64,000 bases of DNA from Thermoanaerobaculales bacterium (GCA_035358815.1 DAOPQC010000001.1:22100-86099), one strand, 5' to 3'; positions 8,215 to 18,046 are shown, counted from the first letter of the stretch. Numbers and translations are program-made. Notes: generated by a model not told the origin, from the sequence alone.

Positions 8215-9984
8215 TCAACCGAGATCCAGCCACGAGAACCAGATCGGGTGGTTCTCCTTGTACCAGCGCAGCACGTCCGCGATGAGCCGCTTCTTGTCCG
8301 CCGGCAGCACGGCGTCGTCGACCCGGTCGAGGCGGACCCGCATGCGGTTGTCCGCCGTGTACTCGATCGCCTCGGAGGCCAGGGTCTGCAGCTCGTTGCG
8401 GATCCGCCCGGAGTCCGAGATCTTGACCGCGCGGGTGCGGTAGTCCTGGCCGGCGTAGAAGCGGTCGAGCAACGGCGAGAACACCATCCGCATCTCGTCG
8501 ACCGGCTCCATCAGGCGCAGCGACATCGTGACCTGGAGCAGCCCGTTGCGGGTGCCGGCGCGGCAGGTGACGCGGTAGACGCCGTCGGCGACCTGCTCGA
8601 CGCCGGCGGCTCCGGTGTAGGGGTCCGGCAGCATGTACCCGGCGAGCGCGAGCACCCGCCACTCCTTCTCGGGGAAGAAGTCGTCGGCGACGATGGTCCG
8701 GCGCTGGAGCGGCATCAGCGCCTTCGCCGCCTCGCGCAGGATCTGCCGGTACTCGTCGACCTGGCGCTGTTCGAGCTCAATGCCGAGGACCTCGGTCAGC
8801 CGGGGGCCGAAGTCGGCGGCCTCGGGGTCGAGCCGCATGACGTGGCGCTCGCGCTCGTACGAGACCTTGAACTTCGACGAGAACACGCACATCGAGGTCC
8901 GGGTGCCGAGGACCGGGTCGAGGCTCGCCGCCTGCATCGCCTCGGCGGTGGCGGCGTAGCCGTCGCACAGGAACACGTGCTGGGCGCCGTCCTCGTCCAC
9001 GAACTGCCCGACCCTGAACACCGGCGCGTAGGTGCCGGACTCGGTGAACGCGGGCAGCCCGGTCTGCGGGATCATCCAGTCGTCCTCGACCAGGTGGACC
9101 CCGAGCTCGCGCCACTCGCTCCACAGCGTGCCCAGGCGGTGCTCCCGCGACGGGCCGCCCAGGGTCCAGACGTGGACGTTGGCGCGCGCGATCCCGGGGT
9201 AGGCGGCCTCGATCGCCCCCATCACCAGCGGCCGCGGGGTCAGGAAGTCGATCAGGATCGAGCGCTCGGCCGCCTTCTCGACCACCGCCCCGGGCAGCAC
9301 CAGGGTGCCCATGTAGCCCTCGTAGGGCTCCGCGACCTTGAGCGGCTGGTCGAAGAGGTGGACCACGGTCATCGCGCCGGTTGGGCTGCCCTTGGCGAAC
9401 CGCGATGTGTTCTCCAGGGTGTCCACCGCGGCGCCCCACACCGTGATCCCCTCGGCCTCCACCTCCCGGTAGAAGTCGGGCCAGTGGTAGTGGGGGTCGT
9501 TGACCAGGCGGTTGACCCGGCGGTCGAGGAAGCGCGCCACCTGCGGCCGCGCGTAGACCCGCCCGAAGCCGAGCAGCGGGTTGGAGCCCATCTCGGGGGT
9601 CTCGCCGGCCTTCGGCATCAGGCCCTCGCCGAGGCACACCATGACCGCGTGGTTCTCGGGCAGGCTGCGCGTCAGGTACCAGAGGGCCTCCGACAGCGCA
9701 TAGGCCGAGACCGCGTCGGCGTCCTTCTTCACCCGGTTGATGCCGGCCTTGTCGAGACCGGCGGCCTCGCCCCAGCGGCCGAACAGCCGGGTGCCGAGCG
9801 CGGTGACGCCGGCCGCCATGATGAACGCCCGGTCCAGCCCGTCGCCGGCGAACGAGAAGCCGCCCTTGCGGCCGCCCTGGATCCACTCTTCGTCGACGTC
9901 CTCGAGCCAGAGGTGGAAGCGGCCGAGAATGGCCCGGGTGTCGAACGCCCACTGCGCGATCCGGTTGCGCCGCATGCTGTCCAT
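8215..9984 (-). CDS. Large hypothetical protein with a divergent class II fructose-1,6-bisphosphatase (GlpX)-like core and a ~200-aa C-terminal extension
   Basis: The ATG at 9984 follows the SD-like 'GAGGGGGG'. By eye it aligns to GlpX blocks: 'LGEGL' vs GlpX 'IGEGE', 'AAVDTLENTS' vs 'AVDPIEGT', 'LCDGYAATAEAM' vs 'GIGGAPEGV'. It lies downstream of rfbD and the epimerase on the same strand. The CDS call is solid; the function is tentative. Confidence 0.55.
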   Translation of the reverse strand: MDSMRRNRIAQWAFDTRAILGRFHLWLEDVDEEWIQGGRKGGFSFAGDGLDRAFIMAAGVTALGTRLFGRWGEAAGLDKAGINRVKKDADAVSAYALSEALWYLTRSLPENHAVMVCLGEGLMPKAGETPEMGSNPLLGFGRVYARPQVARFLDRRVNRLVNDPHYHWPDFYREVEAEGITVWGAAVDTLENTSRFAKGSPTGAMTVVHLFDQPLKVAEPYEGYMGTLVLPGAVVEKAAERSILIDFLTPRPLVMGAIEAAYPGIARANVHVWTLGGPSREHRLGTLWSEWRELGVHLVEDDWMIPQTGLPAFTESGTYAPVFRVGQFVDEDGAQHVFLCDGYAATAEAMQAASLDPVLGTRTSMCVFSSKFKVSYERERHVMRLDPEAADFGPRLTEVLGIELEQRQVDEYRQILREAAKALMPLQRRTIVADDFFPEKEWRVLALAGYMLPDPYTGAAGVEQVADGVYRVTCRAGTRNGLLQVTMSLRLMEPVDEMRMVFSPLLDRFYAGQDYRTRAVKISDSGRIRNELQTLASEAIEYTADNRMRVRLDRVDDAVLPADKKRLIADVLRWYKENHPIWFSWLDLG

Positions 9985-10077
9985 CGTCCCCCCTCGCCGT
10001 TGACTCGGGCCGCGGCCCCACCGTCCCGGACGCACCAACTCTGACACGTCACCGGGCGGTTCTCAAGACGGCGGGGC

Positions 10078-11067
10078 TCACTCTTGCTGCCGCCACCACT
10101 CGAGGAGGTCGGCGAGCGTGCGCTCGATCGGGATCGTTGGCGCCCACCCGGTGGCCTCGCGGAACCGGCGCGGGTCGCCGATCAGGAGCGGGATGTCGGC
10201 CGGCCGCATGCGCTCCGGATCGGTGCGGACCGTGACCTCGCAGCGGGCGAGCCCGCGCAGCAGGTCGAGGACCTGGCGGATGCTGACCGCGCGGCCCGAG
10301 CAGACGTTGAAGACCTCGCCGCGGAGGTCGCGGCGGGCGGCCAGACGGTAGGCGCGGGCGACGTCGCGCACGTCGACGAAGTCGCGGCGGGCGTCGAGGT
10401 TGCCCACCCGGATGACCGGCTCCTGGAGGCCGCGCTCGATGCGCGCGATCTGGCGGGCGAACGACGACGCCACGAACTGCTCCGGGTGGCGCGGCCCGGT
10501 GTGGTTGAACAGCCGCAGCCGGATCACCCGCATGCCGTAGGCGCGCGGGTACTGGGCCGCCACCAGGTCCTGGGAGGCCTTGCTCGCGGCGTAGGGCGAC
10601 AGCGGCCGCAGCGGCGACTCCTCGGTCAGGGGGTGTGCCTCGTCGTCGGCGCTGCCGTAGACCTCGCCGGAGGAGGCCACCACCGTGGTTGCGTCGAGCC
10701 CGAGCCGGCGGACGCCCTCGAGCAGGCGCAGGGTCCCGAGGGCGTTGACCTCCAGGCACTCGGCCGGCCGGTGCCAGGCCGCCGCACCGGAGGAGGCGCC
10801 CGCCAGGTGGAAGACGACCTGGGGGCGCGCCGCCTCGAGCACGGTGCGGATCGAGCCGTCGTCCGTGATGTCGCCCTCGAGCGTCTCGAGGCCGGCGGGC
10901 AGCGCGCCGTTGGCCTTTGCGGCGCTCGCGTCAAGGGCCATTCCGAACAGCTCGGCGCCGGGCTCCCCAACCAGCTCGGCGGCGAGATACGGTCCGACGA
11001 AGCCGGTGACCCCGGTGATCAGGGCGCGCACGGGCCCTCCAGGTAGCGGGCGAGGGCGTCCTGCCAC
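10078..11067 (-). CDS. NAD-dependent sugar epimerase/dehydratase (GDP-mannose-4,6-dehydratase/reductase-like SDR)
   Basis: 'ALITGVTGFVGPYLA' Rossmann motif and 'YAASKA' (YxxxK). The start may be the GTG at 11031 instead of 11067. Confidence 0.8.
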   Translation of the reverse strand: MAGRPRPLPGGPVRALITGVTGFVGPYLAAELVGEPGAELFGMALDASAAKANGALPAGLETLEGDITDDGSIRTVLEAARPQVVFHLAGASSGAAAWHRPAECLEVNALGTLRLLEGVRRLGLDATTVVASSGEVYGSADDEAHPLTEESPLRPLSPYAASKASQDLVAAQYPRAYGMRVIRLRLFNHTGPRHPEQFVASSFARQIARIERGLQEPVIRVGNLDARRDFVDVRDVARAYRLAARRDLRGEVFNVCSGRAVSIRQVLDLLRGLARCEVTVRTDPERMRPADIPLLIGDPRRFREATGWAPTIPIERTLADLLEWWRQQE

Positions 11068-11870
11068 GGCGGCAGGTGGTGCCCGATTGCGGCCGCCATG
11101 AGCGAGGTGTCGAGGACCGAGTAGGCCGGCCGACGCGCCGGCCGCGGGAAGTCGGCGGTGGTGACCGCGTGGACCTCGACCTCGGCGCCGAGCCGGCGCA
11201 CGATCTCGACCGCGAAGCCGTGCCAGCTCGTGCTGCCGGAGTTGGCGGCGTGCACCACCCCACGCGCCTCGGCGTCGATGAGCTCGAGCAGCGCCCCCGC
11301 CAGATCGTCGCAGAAGGTCGGCGAGCCGACCTGGTCGGCGACCACCCGCAGCGAGGCCGCGCCGCCGTCGATCTGGCGGCGGATCGCCTCGACGAAGTTG
11401 GCGCCGCCGCGGCCATAGAGCCAGGCGGTGCGGACGATGAGGTGGCGATCGGCGGAGCGGGCGAGGCGCTCGCCCGCGAGCTTGCTGCGGCCGTAGGCGC
11501 TAGCCGGCGCCACCGGGTCGGTCTCGGTGTACGGGCGTGTGCCGTCGCCCGCGAACACGTAGTCGGTGGAGAGGTGGACGAGCAGGGCGCCGGCGACGTT
11601 GCACGCCGCCGCGAGGTGGCCGACCGCGGTGCCGTTGATCGCCGTCGCCGTGGCCTCGTCCGTCTCGCAGGCGTCGACCGCGGTGAAGGCCGCGCAGTTG
11701 ACCAGGACCCGCGGCCGGAGCCGGCCGATGAGCTGCGCCACCGCACCGTTGTCGCGGATGTCGAGGGTGTCGAGGTCATGGCCTTCGACGCTGAGCCCGC
11801 GCCGCCGCGCCAGCCCCTCGAGCGCGCGGCCGAGCTGGCCGTGGACCCCGGTGATCAGCAGGTCGATCAT
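11019..11870 (-). CDS. rfbD: dTDP-4-dehydrorhamnose reductase
   Basis: The ATG at 11870 (MIDLLITGVHGQLG) lies inside ORF 11019..12329. 'SAYGRSKLAGE' provides YxxxK. The RmlD-like length is 283 aa. Confidence 0.85.
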   Translation of the reverse strand: MIDLLITGVHGQLGRALEGLARRRGLSVEGHDLDTLDIRDNGAVAQLIGRLRPRVLVNCAAFTAVDACETDEATATAINGTAVGHLAAACNVAGALLVHLSTDYVFAGDGTRPYTETDPVAPASAYGRSKLAGERLARSADRHLIVRTAWLYGRGGANFVEAIRRQIDGGAASLRVVADQVGSPTFCDDLAGALLELIDAEARGVVHAANSGSTSWHGFAVEIVRRLGAEVEVHAVTTADFPRPARRPAYSVLDTSLMAAAIGHHLPPWQDALARYLEGPCAP

Positions 11871-12106
11871 CGCCGCGATCGTAGCAGAGGCAGACCGCTG
11901 CGGTTCACGCTGTTGCTTCCACTCGCTTCCGCGTCCGTGCCCGCTTCCGCACCGCGGTCCTTCGACCCATGAGCCACAGAGCCGTCCAGCCGTCATGGGC
12001 GTCCGGAGCATGGGAAACGTATGATTGATGTGATCCCCAGCGCATGTCCTGCGTGATCGCCTCACGTCTGCTTTCGTGGATCCGCTCCCTTTCGGGAGGT
12101 GTTGCC

Positions 12107-15100
12107 ATGTCTCGTCGGCGAACTGTCGCATGCGCCGCCGTGCTGCTCCTGGCTTGGATCGATCTCCAGGCCGACTGCCCGGAGCGGGTTGCACACTTGC
12201 CTGGGTACGTTTCCGCGGTTGCCGTCGTGGGTGGCTACGCCTATGTCGGCGGCGCGAACTCCTTCTGGATCGCTGACGTCTCGGATCCGTCGGCGCCGCT
12301 GGTGGTCGGCGAGGTGGTCGCGTTGTCACATGGGGTGGAGGACATTGCGGTTTCCGGCGAATATGCGTATGTCGGCACGTTCAATCGTCTCCACGTGTTC
12401 GACATCAGTGACCCCTCTGCGCCGGTCGAGGTCGGGTCGACGGGATTCGGAGTACCGTTCCACTCGCCACGGGCGGTAGCGGTTTCGGGCGGCTACGCCT
12501 ACGTCGCAGTCTGGGGTGTGGGCCTCAGCGTGATCGATGTGCGCACGCCGTCGGCGCCGGTCGAGGTGGGCTTTCTCGAAACGCCCGGCAGCCCCTCTGA
12601 CGTCGCTGTCTCGGACGGCTACGCCTACGTGGCTGACTCGTCGTCCGGCCTGCGAGTGATCGACATCTCCACTCCGTCCTCGCCGGTGGAGGTGGGTTTC
12701 ATCGACACGGGAGGCGATGCCCTTTCTGTTGCGGTGTCGGGTGAGTACGCCTACGTTGGAGTCCCACACCTTCTCTATGGTGACGCGGGGCTCATCGAGT
12801 TGATCGACGTGAGCAGGCCATCGGCGCCGGTGATGGTTAGCTACGTTTACACCGCGTCAGGCATCTCCGACGTCACGGTGGATGCAGGCTTCGTCTTCCT
12901 TCCTTGGGGCCGGAGCTATAGCGACAGAGGGGGCCTTCGCATCATCGACGTGAGAAACCCGTTCACGCCGGAACAGGTTGGCGTCCTCGATGCGCTGGGC
13001 AGGGCCTGGGACATCGCCGTGGAAGGCGGCATAGCCTATGTCGCGGGCAGCCACGGTCTTCGTGTCATCGACGTCAGTGACCAGTGGGCGCCGGCGGAGG
13101 TGGGGTTGCCGGGCGCAGCGGGCGGCGTCTTTGCCGGAAGCGTCGCGGTGTTGGGCAGCTTCGGGTACGTCGCAGGAGAGGAGTGGGGGATCAAGGTCAT
13201 TGATGTCAGCAGGCCCACGACGCCGCTGGTGGTGGGCCTTCTCGACGCGCCGTACTGGACCGTCAGCGTCGCGGTTTCGGGCAGCTATGCCTACGTTACC
13301 TGGAGTGACTACCACAGCGGAGGCTTGCGTGTCATCGACGTCAGCGCTCCCGCGGCGCCGGCGGAGGTCGGTTCCGTCGACGTCCCGAACCCGTATGCAG
13401 TCGCCTTGTCCGGCGGCTACGCCTACGTCACGTGGAATCACCTCGGCGGAGGCCTTAGCGTCATTGACGTCAGCGATCCCTCGGCACCGGTCGAGGTCGG
13501 CTCCATCGACACGCCACAGTATGCCGTGGATGTCGCCGTTGCGAGCGACTATGCGTACGTTGCCTGGGGCGATTGGGGTTCCAGTACAGGCGGTCTTCGC
13601 GTGATCGATGTGAGCAGACCGTCGGCGCCAGTTGAGGTGGGCTTCGTCGACACGCCAGGCTACGCAGCAGCTGTGGCCGTCGCGGGTGACTATGCATACG
13701 TTGCTGACAACGATGCCGGACTTCGAGTGATCGACGTGAGCTCGCCTTCCGCTCCGGTCGAGGTGGGCTTCGCCGACACGCCAGACTATGCCTGGGATGT
13801 CGCCGCTGCGGGTGACTATGCGTACGTTGCCTGGGGCAATTGGGGTCCCAGTACAGGCGGTCTTCGCGTCATCGATGTGAGCAGGCCGACGGAGCCGGTG
13901 GAGGTGGGATATGACAGCACCGCCTTGTCGAGCGCTGTCGCGGTCGCGGACGGAATCGTGATCCTCGCAGGCGATGGCTTGTACATCTACAGTGAGTGTG
14001 GCTCACTCGGGGACCCACGCGAGTCCTATATCCCGGCGGCGGCGTATGCGGCCGGCGCCGAGGGAAGTCACTTCCAGACCGACGTCGAGATCAACAACAC
14101 CGGGGCGGAGGACGCGCAGGTTGTCTTCAAGTGGCTCCCGCGCGGGGAGGACAACTCTGAGCCGGTCGAGTCCGAGCCGATCACGCTCGCTCCTGGCCAG
14201 AGCCTGCGCTACGAGAACGTGTTGGCAGAGCTCCTTGGCCTTGTGCCCGACTCCCTCGGCGCCCTCAAGCTGGTGGCGAGCACCCCCTCCGTGATCGGTA
14301 TGAGCAGGACCTACAACCTGCCTGCCGGAGCGGCTGCAGGCTCCTTCGGCCAGGGCCTGCCCGCCATCCGGGCGGTCGAGATGATCCAGGGCACCGAGCC
14401 GCGGCGCATGCTCTTTCTGAGCGAGAATGGCGACTTTCGAGCCAATGTCGGCTGTGTCAACGGCACGGACCGACCGCTCCGGGTCAACATCTGGGTCTTC
14501 GACGACGAAGGCTCGTTCCTCGAGGCGAAGGCCATGGACCTTGGTCCTTACTCCGACAACCAGGTCAACCGGGTCTTCCGAGACTGGTCGCCGGTCGATG
14601 GCTACGTCGACGTGTGGGCCGACCGCGACGACGCCCTCTATACCTGCTATGGCTCGCTGCTCGACAATATGACGTCCGACCCGACGACGATTCTGCCGCA
14701 GGTGCCGTCTGACGAGCGGACGTTCATCCCGGCCGCGGCGCTGAGCGCCGGGCTGGAGGGCTCGTTCTTCCAGACGGATGTCGAGCTCAACAACGTCGGA
14801 TCGAACGATGTCACCTACGAGCTGCTGTGGCTGCCGCGGGGGGCCGACAACAGCGAGCCCATCCACAGCGAGGGGTTCTCGCTCGCCTCTGGCGCCGGGG
14901 TGCGCTACGCCAACGTGCTCGACGAGGTATTCGGGCTAGAGGCCGACCAAGTTGGAGCGCTGGCGGTCGAGGCGAGCGGCGAGGAACTGCTGGCGATGAG
15001 CCGGACCTACAACCTGCCGTCGGCCAAGGTCGCGGCCACCTTCGGCCAAGGGCTGCCAGGCATCCCGGCTGGCCGGATGATCCGTTCGGGGGTGAAGAAG

Positions 15101-15403
15101 CGGATCCTCTTCATGAGTGAGAACGACGACGTCCGCTCAAACGTCGCCTGCCAGAACGGCTCGCGGCAGACGGTGCGGGTCCTCATCGAGCTCTTCAACG
15201 CTGAGGGCGAGTTGCTGAAAACCAGGACCATGTTCCTGGCGCCCTGGTCCAACAACCAGATCACCCGGGTGTTCCGCGACCATGCGCCGATCGAGGCCGG
15301 GTATGTCGACGTGTGGACGACCACCGCGGGCGCATCGATTGCCTGCTACGGCTCGGTCCTCGACAACGTCACCAACGACCCCACCACCGTGCTGCCGCAG
15401 TGA
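12107..15403 (+). CDS. Secreted LVIVD-repeat beta-propeller protein (~13-14 blades) with two tandem ~220-aa C-terminal domains of unknown function
   Basis: The ATG at 12107 follows 'GGGAGG'. A signal-like N-terminus is present. The motif '[LI][RS]VIDVSxPSAPVEVG' occurs 13 times. Two paralogous C-terminal modules each contain 'FQTDVE[IL]NN' and end in 'DPTT[IV]LPQ'. Confidence 0.85.
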   Translation: MSRRRTVACAAVLLLAWIDLQADCPERVAHLPGYVSAVAVVGGYAYVGGANSFWIADVSDPSAPLVVGEVVALSHGVEDIAVSGEYAYVGTFNRLHVFDISDPSAPVEVGSTGFGVPFHSPRAVAVSGGYAYVAVWGVGLSVIDVRTPSAPVEVGFLETPGSPSDVAVSDGYAYVADSSSGLRVIDISTPSSPVEVGFIDTGGDALSVAVSGEYAYVGVPHLLYGDAGLIELIDVSRPSAPVMVSYVYTASGISDVTVDAGFVFLPWGRSYSDRGGLRIIDVRNPFTPEQVGVLDALGRAWDIAVEGGIAYVAGSHGLRVIDVSDQWAPAEVGLPGAAGGVFAGSVAVLGSFGYVAGEEWGIKVIDVSRPTTPLVVGLLDAPYWTVSVAVSGSYAYVTWSDYHSGGLRVIDVSAPAAPAEVGSVDVPNPYAVALSGGYAYVTWNHLGGGLSVIDVSDPSAPVEVGSIDTPQYAVDVAVASDYAYVAWGDWGSSTGGLRVIDVSRPSAPVEVGFVDTPGYAAAVAVAGDYAYVADNDAGLRVIDVSSPSAPVEVGFADTPDYAWDVAAAGDYAYVAWGNWGPSTGGLRVIDVSRPTEPVEVGYDSTALSSAVAVADGIVILAGDGLYIYSECGSLGDPRESYIPAAAYAAGAEGSHFQTDVEINNTGAEDAQVVFKWLPRGEDNSEPVESEPITLAPGQSLRYENVLAELLGLVPDSLGALKLVASTPSVIGMSRTYNLPAGAAAGSFGQGLPAIRAVEMIQGTEPRRMLFLSENGDFRANVGCVNGTDRPLRVNIWVFDDEGSFLEAKAMDLGPYSDNQVNRVFRDWSPVDGYVDVWADRDDALYTCYGSLLDNMTSDPTTILPQVPSDERTFIPAAALSAGLEGSFFQTDVELNNVGSNDVTYELLWLPRGADNSEPIHSEGFSLASGAGVRYANVLDEVFGLEADQVGALAVEASGEELLAMSRTYNLPSAKVAATFGQGLPGIPAGRMIRSGVKKRILFMSENDDVRSNVACQNGSRQTVRVLIELFNAEGELLKTRTMFLAPWSNNQITRVFRDHAPIEAGYVDVWTTTAGASIACYGSVLDNVTNDPTTVLPQ

Positions 15404-15520
15404 CAGCCCCCACCCGCCCAGGATCCAGGATCTGGGGGCGAGGATCGAGCCCCGCCCGCCCGCTCTGGTCACGGTGTAGCCCGCTGGATGAAGCCGGCTC
15501 TTTGCGAAAGCGGTAGCGGG
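15404..15520. repeat. Divergent copy of the GATC-heptamer + GTCACGG(T/C)GTAG module
   Basis: 'CCCCCACCCGCCCAGGATCCAGGATCTGGGGGCGAGGATCGAG...CGCTCTGGTCACGGTGTAGCC' parallels 1825-1875 and 5768-5828. Confidence 0.6.
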
Positions 15521-15555
15521 GCAATGCTCAGCCCCGCTGATGCGGGACGAAGGTC

Positions 15556-15915
15556 TCAGTCGTCCAGCAAGCTCTCCAGAGTCGTCACGAGACCGGGGAG
15601 GTCGACCGCAGCTACGTCCCACACGATGTCGTGGTCGACCGCAGCATAGCCATGGACGAGGCGGTTCCGCATTCCGATGATCTCGCGCCAGGGGACCTGC
15701 GGCAGGTCTCTTCGCGTAGCTTCCGTGACCTTGCTCGCAGCCTCGCCGGTCACCTCGATGAACCGCTCAAGCGCAGCCGCCAGGACCGGATCGGCGTCGA
15801 GATCCTCTCTGCGGCAGTGAGCCACCGCGTTCACCGCACGCCGCGCGTGGTCGAGCATGTCGCGAAGGAGGACGTCGTCCTCAGCCGGCCTCATAAATCG
15901 GTAACGCGTCGACAA
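15556..15915 (-). CDS. hepT: HepT (DUF86, HEPN RNase) toxin of an MntA/HepT toxin-antitoxin pair
   Basis: HEPN Rx4H motif 'RNRLVHGY'. The gene overlaps the upstream nucleotidyltransferase gene. Confidence 0.85.
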   Translation of the reverse strand: MSTRYRFMRPAEDDVLLRDMLDHARRAVNAVAHCRREDLDADPVLAAALERFIEVTGEAASKVTEATRRDLPQVPWREIIGMRNRLVHGYAAVDHDIVWDVAAVDLPGLVTTLESLLDD

Positions 15916-16204
15916 GCACGCGCTGTCGGAAGTGCGGGCTCAGGAAACCCGGTGTGCTGAGGTCCACTTCGCGATCGAAGAGATGGGAGAGCTCATCCTG
16001 GAGGGTGATGAATCGGAGACCGACGCGTTGTCCTGGCAGGAACTCGACGAGCAGGTCGAGGTCACTCTCCGGATCGGAGTCCCCCCGCGCGACTGAGCCG
16101 AACACCGCGAGCCGACGGACGCCGTGCCGCCGGCAGAGCCGCGCCAGTCGCTCCTGATCAACTTTGAAATGCCGGATCGCCATGGCGTCATCATGATACC
16201 CCAT
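15881..16204 (-). CDS. mntA: MntA minimal nucleotidyltransferase antitoxin
   Basis: 'FGSVARGDSDPESDLDLLVEF' (GSxxRG..DxD NTase motif). Alternative start at 16183. Confidence 0.85.
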   Translation of the reverse strand: MGYHDDAMAIRHFKVDQERLARLCRRHGVRRLAVFGSVARGDSDPESDLDLLVEFLPGQRVGLRFITLQDELSHLFDREVDLSTPGFLSPHFRQRVLVDALPIYEAG

Positions 16205-16524
16205 GGCTCTGCGACGGTGGGTTATTGAGCAAGGCCTCGGGTCGCACTTTCGTCCGCTCAGGGGTTAGGGGAAGGGGAGTTGAGGGCAGGGCCCCCGCCC
16301 TCTGTTGTCGCGGCGGAGCCAACGGCGAAGCCGGGAAAACCGAGCCGGATGCCCCCGGTGCCGGGACCGACACATCGGCAATTCCTTTGGAATGGCCGAT
16401 GCTGCAACTGAGGAGCTCTGTGAGTCGTACTCTCGCTTTGGTGGAGTCGGGACGGCCGTGTTGACGACGGCAGCGAGAAATCCTGAGACTCGCACTGTTT
16501 CATCTACGGATGGGGGTTCGGGAT

Positions 16525-17844
16525 ATGAAGAGTACGGCCCTCCGCGGCATTCTCGTGCTTTCGCCGTTGCTGCCGCTGACGGCATGCCTCGCCCCTCAAC
16601 AAGGAACATCCGCCGACGAGAGGATCAGGAATGTCGAGAACGGGCTCGTCAGGTACACGTTTGACGAGAGCTTCACCATGGGCCAGATCGTTGACTTCAA
16701 ACGGATCGACGCCCTTCCGAGATTCAACATTCTGGAGAACATGCAGAACTACAAGGTGCCCGGGGTGAGCGTGGCGGTCATCGACAACTTCAAGATCGCC
16801 TGGACAAAGGCGTATGGAGTGATGGACGCTGGAACGAACAGAGCGGTCACCACGGAAACCATGTTCCAGTCCGGCTCGACCACGAAATTGCTGATGGCGA
16901 TCGTCATCCTGAGAATGGCTGAGGAGGGGAAGCTCGATCTCGACGCCAACATCAATACCTACTTGAAGACTTGGAAGGTCCCCCAGCATCCCTCTGGGAG
17001 GATGGTCACTCTCCGCTTGCTGCTGACCCATCGGGCGGGAATCAACCGTCCGGGAGACGGCTTCGAAACCGAGCCCGGGAGCTCGCCGACCCTCCTGCAG
17101 TTCTTGAAAGGGGAAAGACCGGTCCTCAGCGATGCCGTCTCTTTTGACAACCCGCCGGGGACACGACAGTCCTACTCCAATTTCGGGTACCTCATCATGC
17201 AGTACATGCTTGAGGACCGTTTTCAGACGTCCTTCGCCGAGCTGGTGGAACAGTACGTCTTCAGGCCCTTGAGGCTGGAATCGAGCTTCATCGAGTACCC
17301 CTTTCCACCCCAATACGCCGCCCGGGTCATTCGCCCGCACGATCGAGAGGGGAAGCCCTCTGCGGACGACGGTCTGTATTCGTCGGCACTGGCCCAGGCC
17401 GGAATGATCGCCACTCCGTCCGACTGGGCCAGAATCGCGTGCGAACTGATGCTGGCCTCTGCGGGCCGGTCGGACACTATGCTCTCGCAAGAGTCGGTCA
17501 GGGCCATGTTCCGGACGGAAGCAGATCTCAATCCCGCCGAATTCGAAGGAATCTCCGGCCAGGGGCTGGGCGTGTTCCTCTTCAGTGAGGGGCAACAGCA
17601 GTACTTCCTGCATCACGGGCACAACAGCCCAGGCGCGAATTGCGTCCTCATCGGCTCGCAGACCACGGGGCAGGGGGCCGTCATCATGACCAACGGGATG
17701 AGAGGGATCCCTTTGTCCTATCAGATCGTGTCGTCCATCTCGAAGGAATACGGCTGGGACCAGGACCACGAAGGGATGACGAGGACCGCCGCTTCTCGCC
17801 AGCACGAGTCAACCTCCGCAGACCGAACCTCCGCTGGAGCATGA
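16525..17844 (+). CDS. Beta-lactamase-family serine hydrolase (class C/esterase-like), probable lipoprotein
   Basis: Start at MKSTALRG. Lipobox-like 'LPLTAC'. The SxxK motif is 'SGSTTKLL'. Local GC is lower than in the flanks. Confidence 0.8.
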   Translation: MKSTALRGILVLSPLLPLTACLAPQQGTSADERIRNVENGLVRYTFDESFTMGQIVDFKRIDALPRFNILENMQNYKVPGVSVAVIDNFKIAWTKAYGVMDAGTNRAVTTETMFQSGSTTKLLMAIVILRMAEEGKLDLDANINTYLKTWKVPQHPSGRMVTLRLLLTHRAGINRPGDGFETEPGSSPTLLQFLKGERPVLSDAVSFDNPPGTRQSYSNFGYLIMQYMLEDRFQTSFAELVEQYVFRPLRLESSFIEYPFPPQYAARVIRPHDREGKPSADDGLYSSALAQAGMIATPSDWARIACELMLASAGRSDTMLSQESVRAMFRTEADLNPAEFEGISGQGLGVFLFSEGQQQYFLHHGHNSPGANCVLIGSQTTGQGAVIMTNGMRGIPLSYQIVSSISKEYGWDQDHEGMTRTAASRQHESTSADRTSAGA

Positions 17845-17939
17845 CCGCCGCAGGTGCCGGAACCGACATGTCGGAGTCCTCCGCCGTTCGAGCACAGGAA
17901 CGAAGCGGGAACGAGTGACGCGCGGGTACGACTCGGGCA

Positions 17940-18046
17940 TCCCACGCGCCCCCGCTCCCGCGCCCGCTTCCGCGCCCGTCTCCGATGATGGCCTCGTCGG
18001 TTTCTGAGCGCACTGTCGGGAACGGGGACGGGAACGAACAGGGGCG
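17940..18046. repeat. C-rich/G-rich inverted hexamer arms
   Basis: 'CCCCCGCTCCCGCGCCCGCTTCCGCGCCCGTCTCC' (17950-17985) faces 'GGGAACGGGGACGGGAACGAACAGGGG' (18018-18044). Confidence 0.7.
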
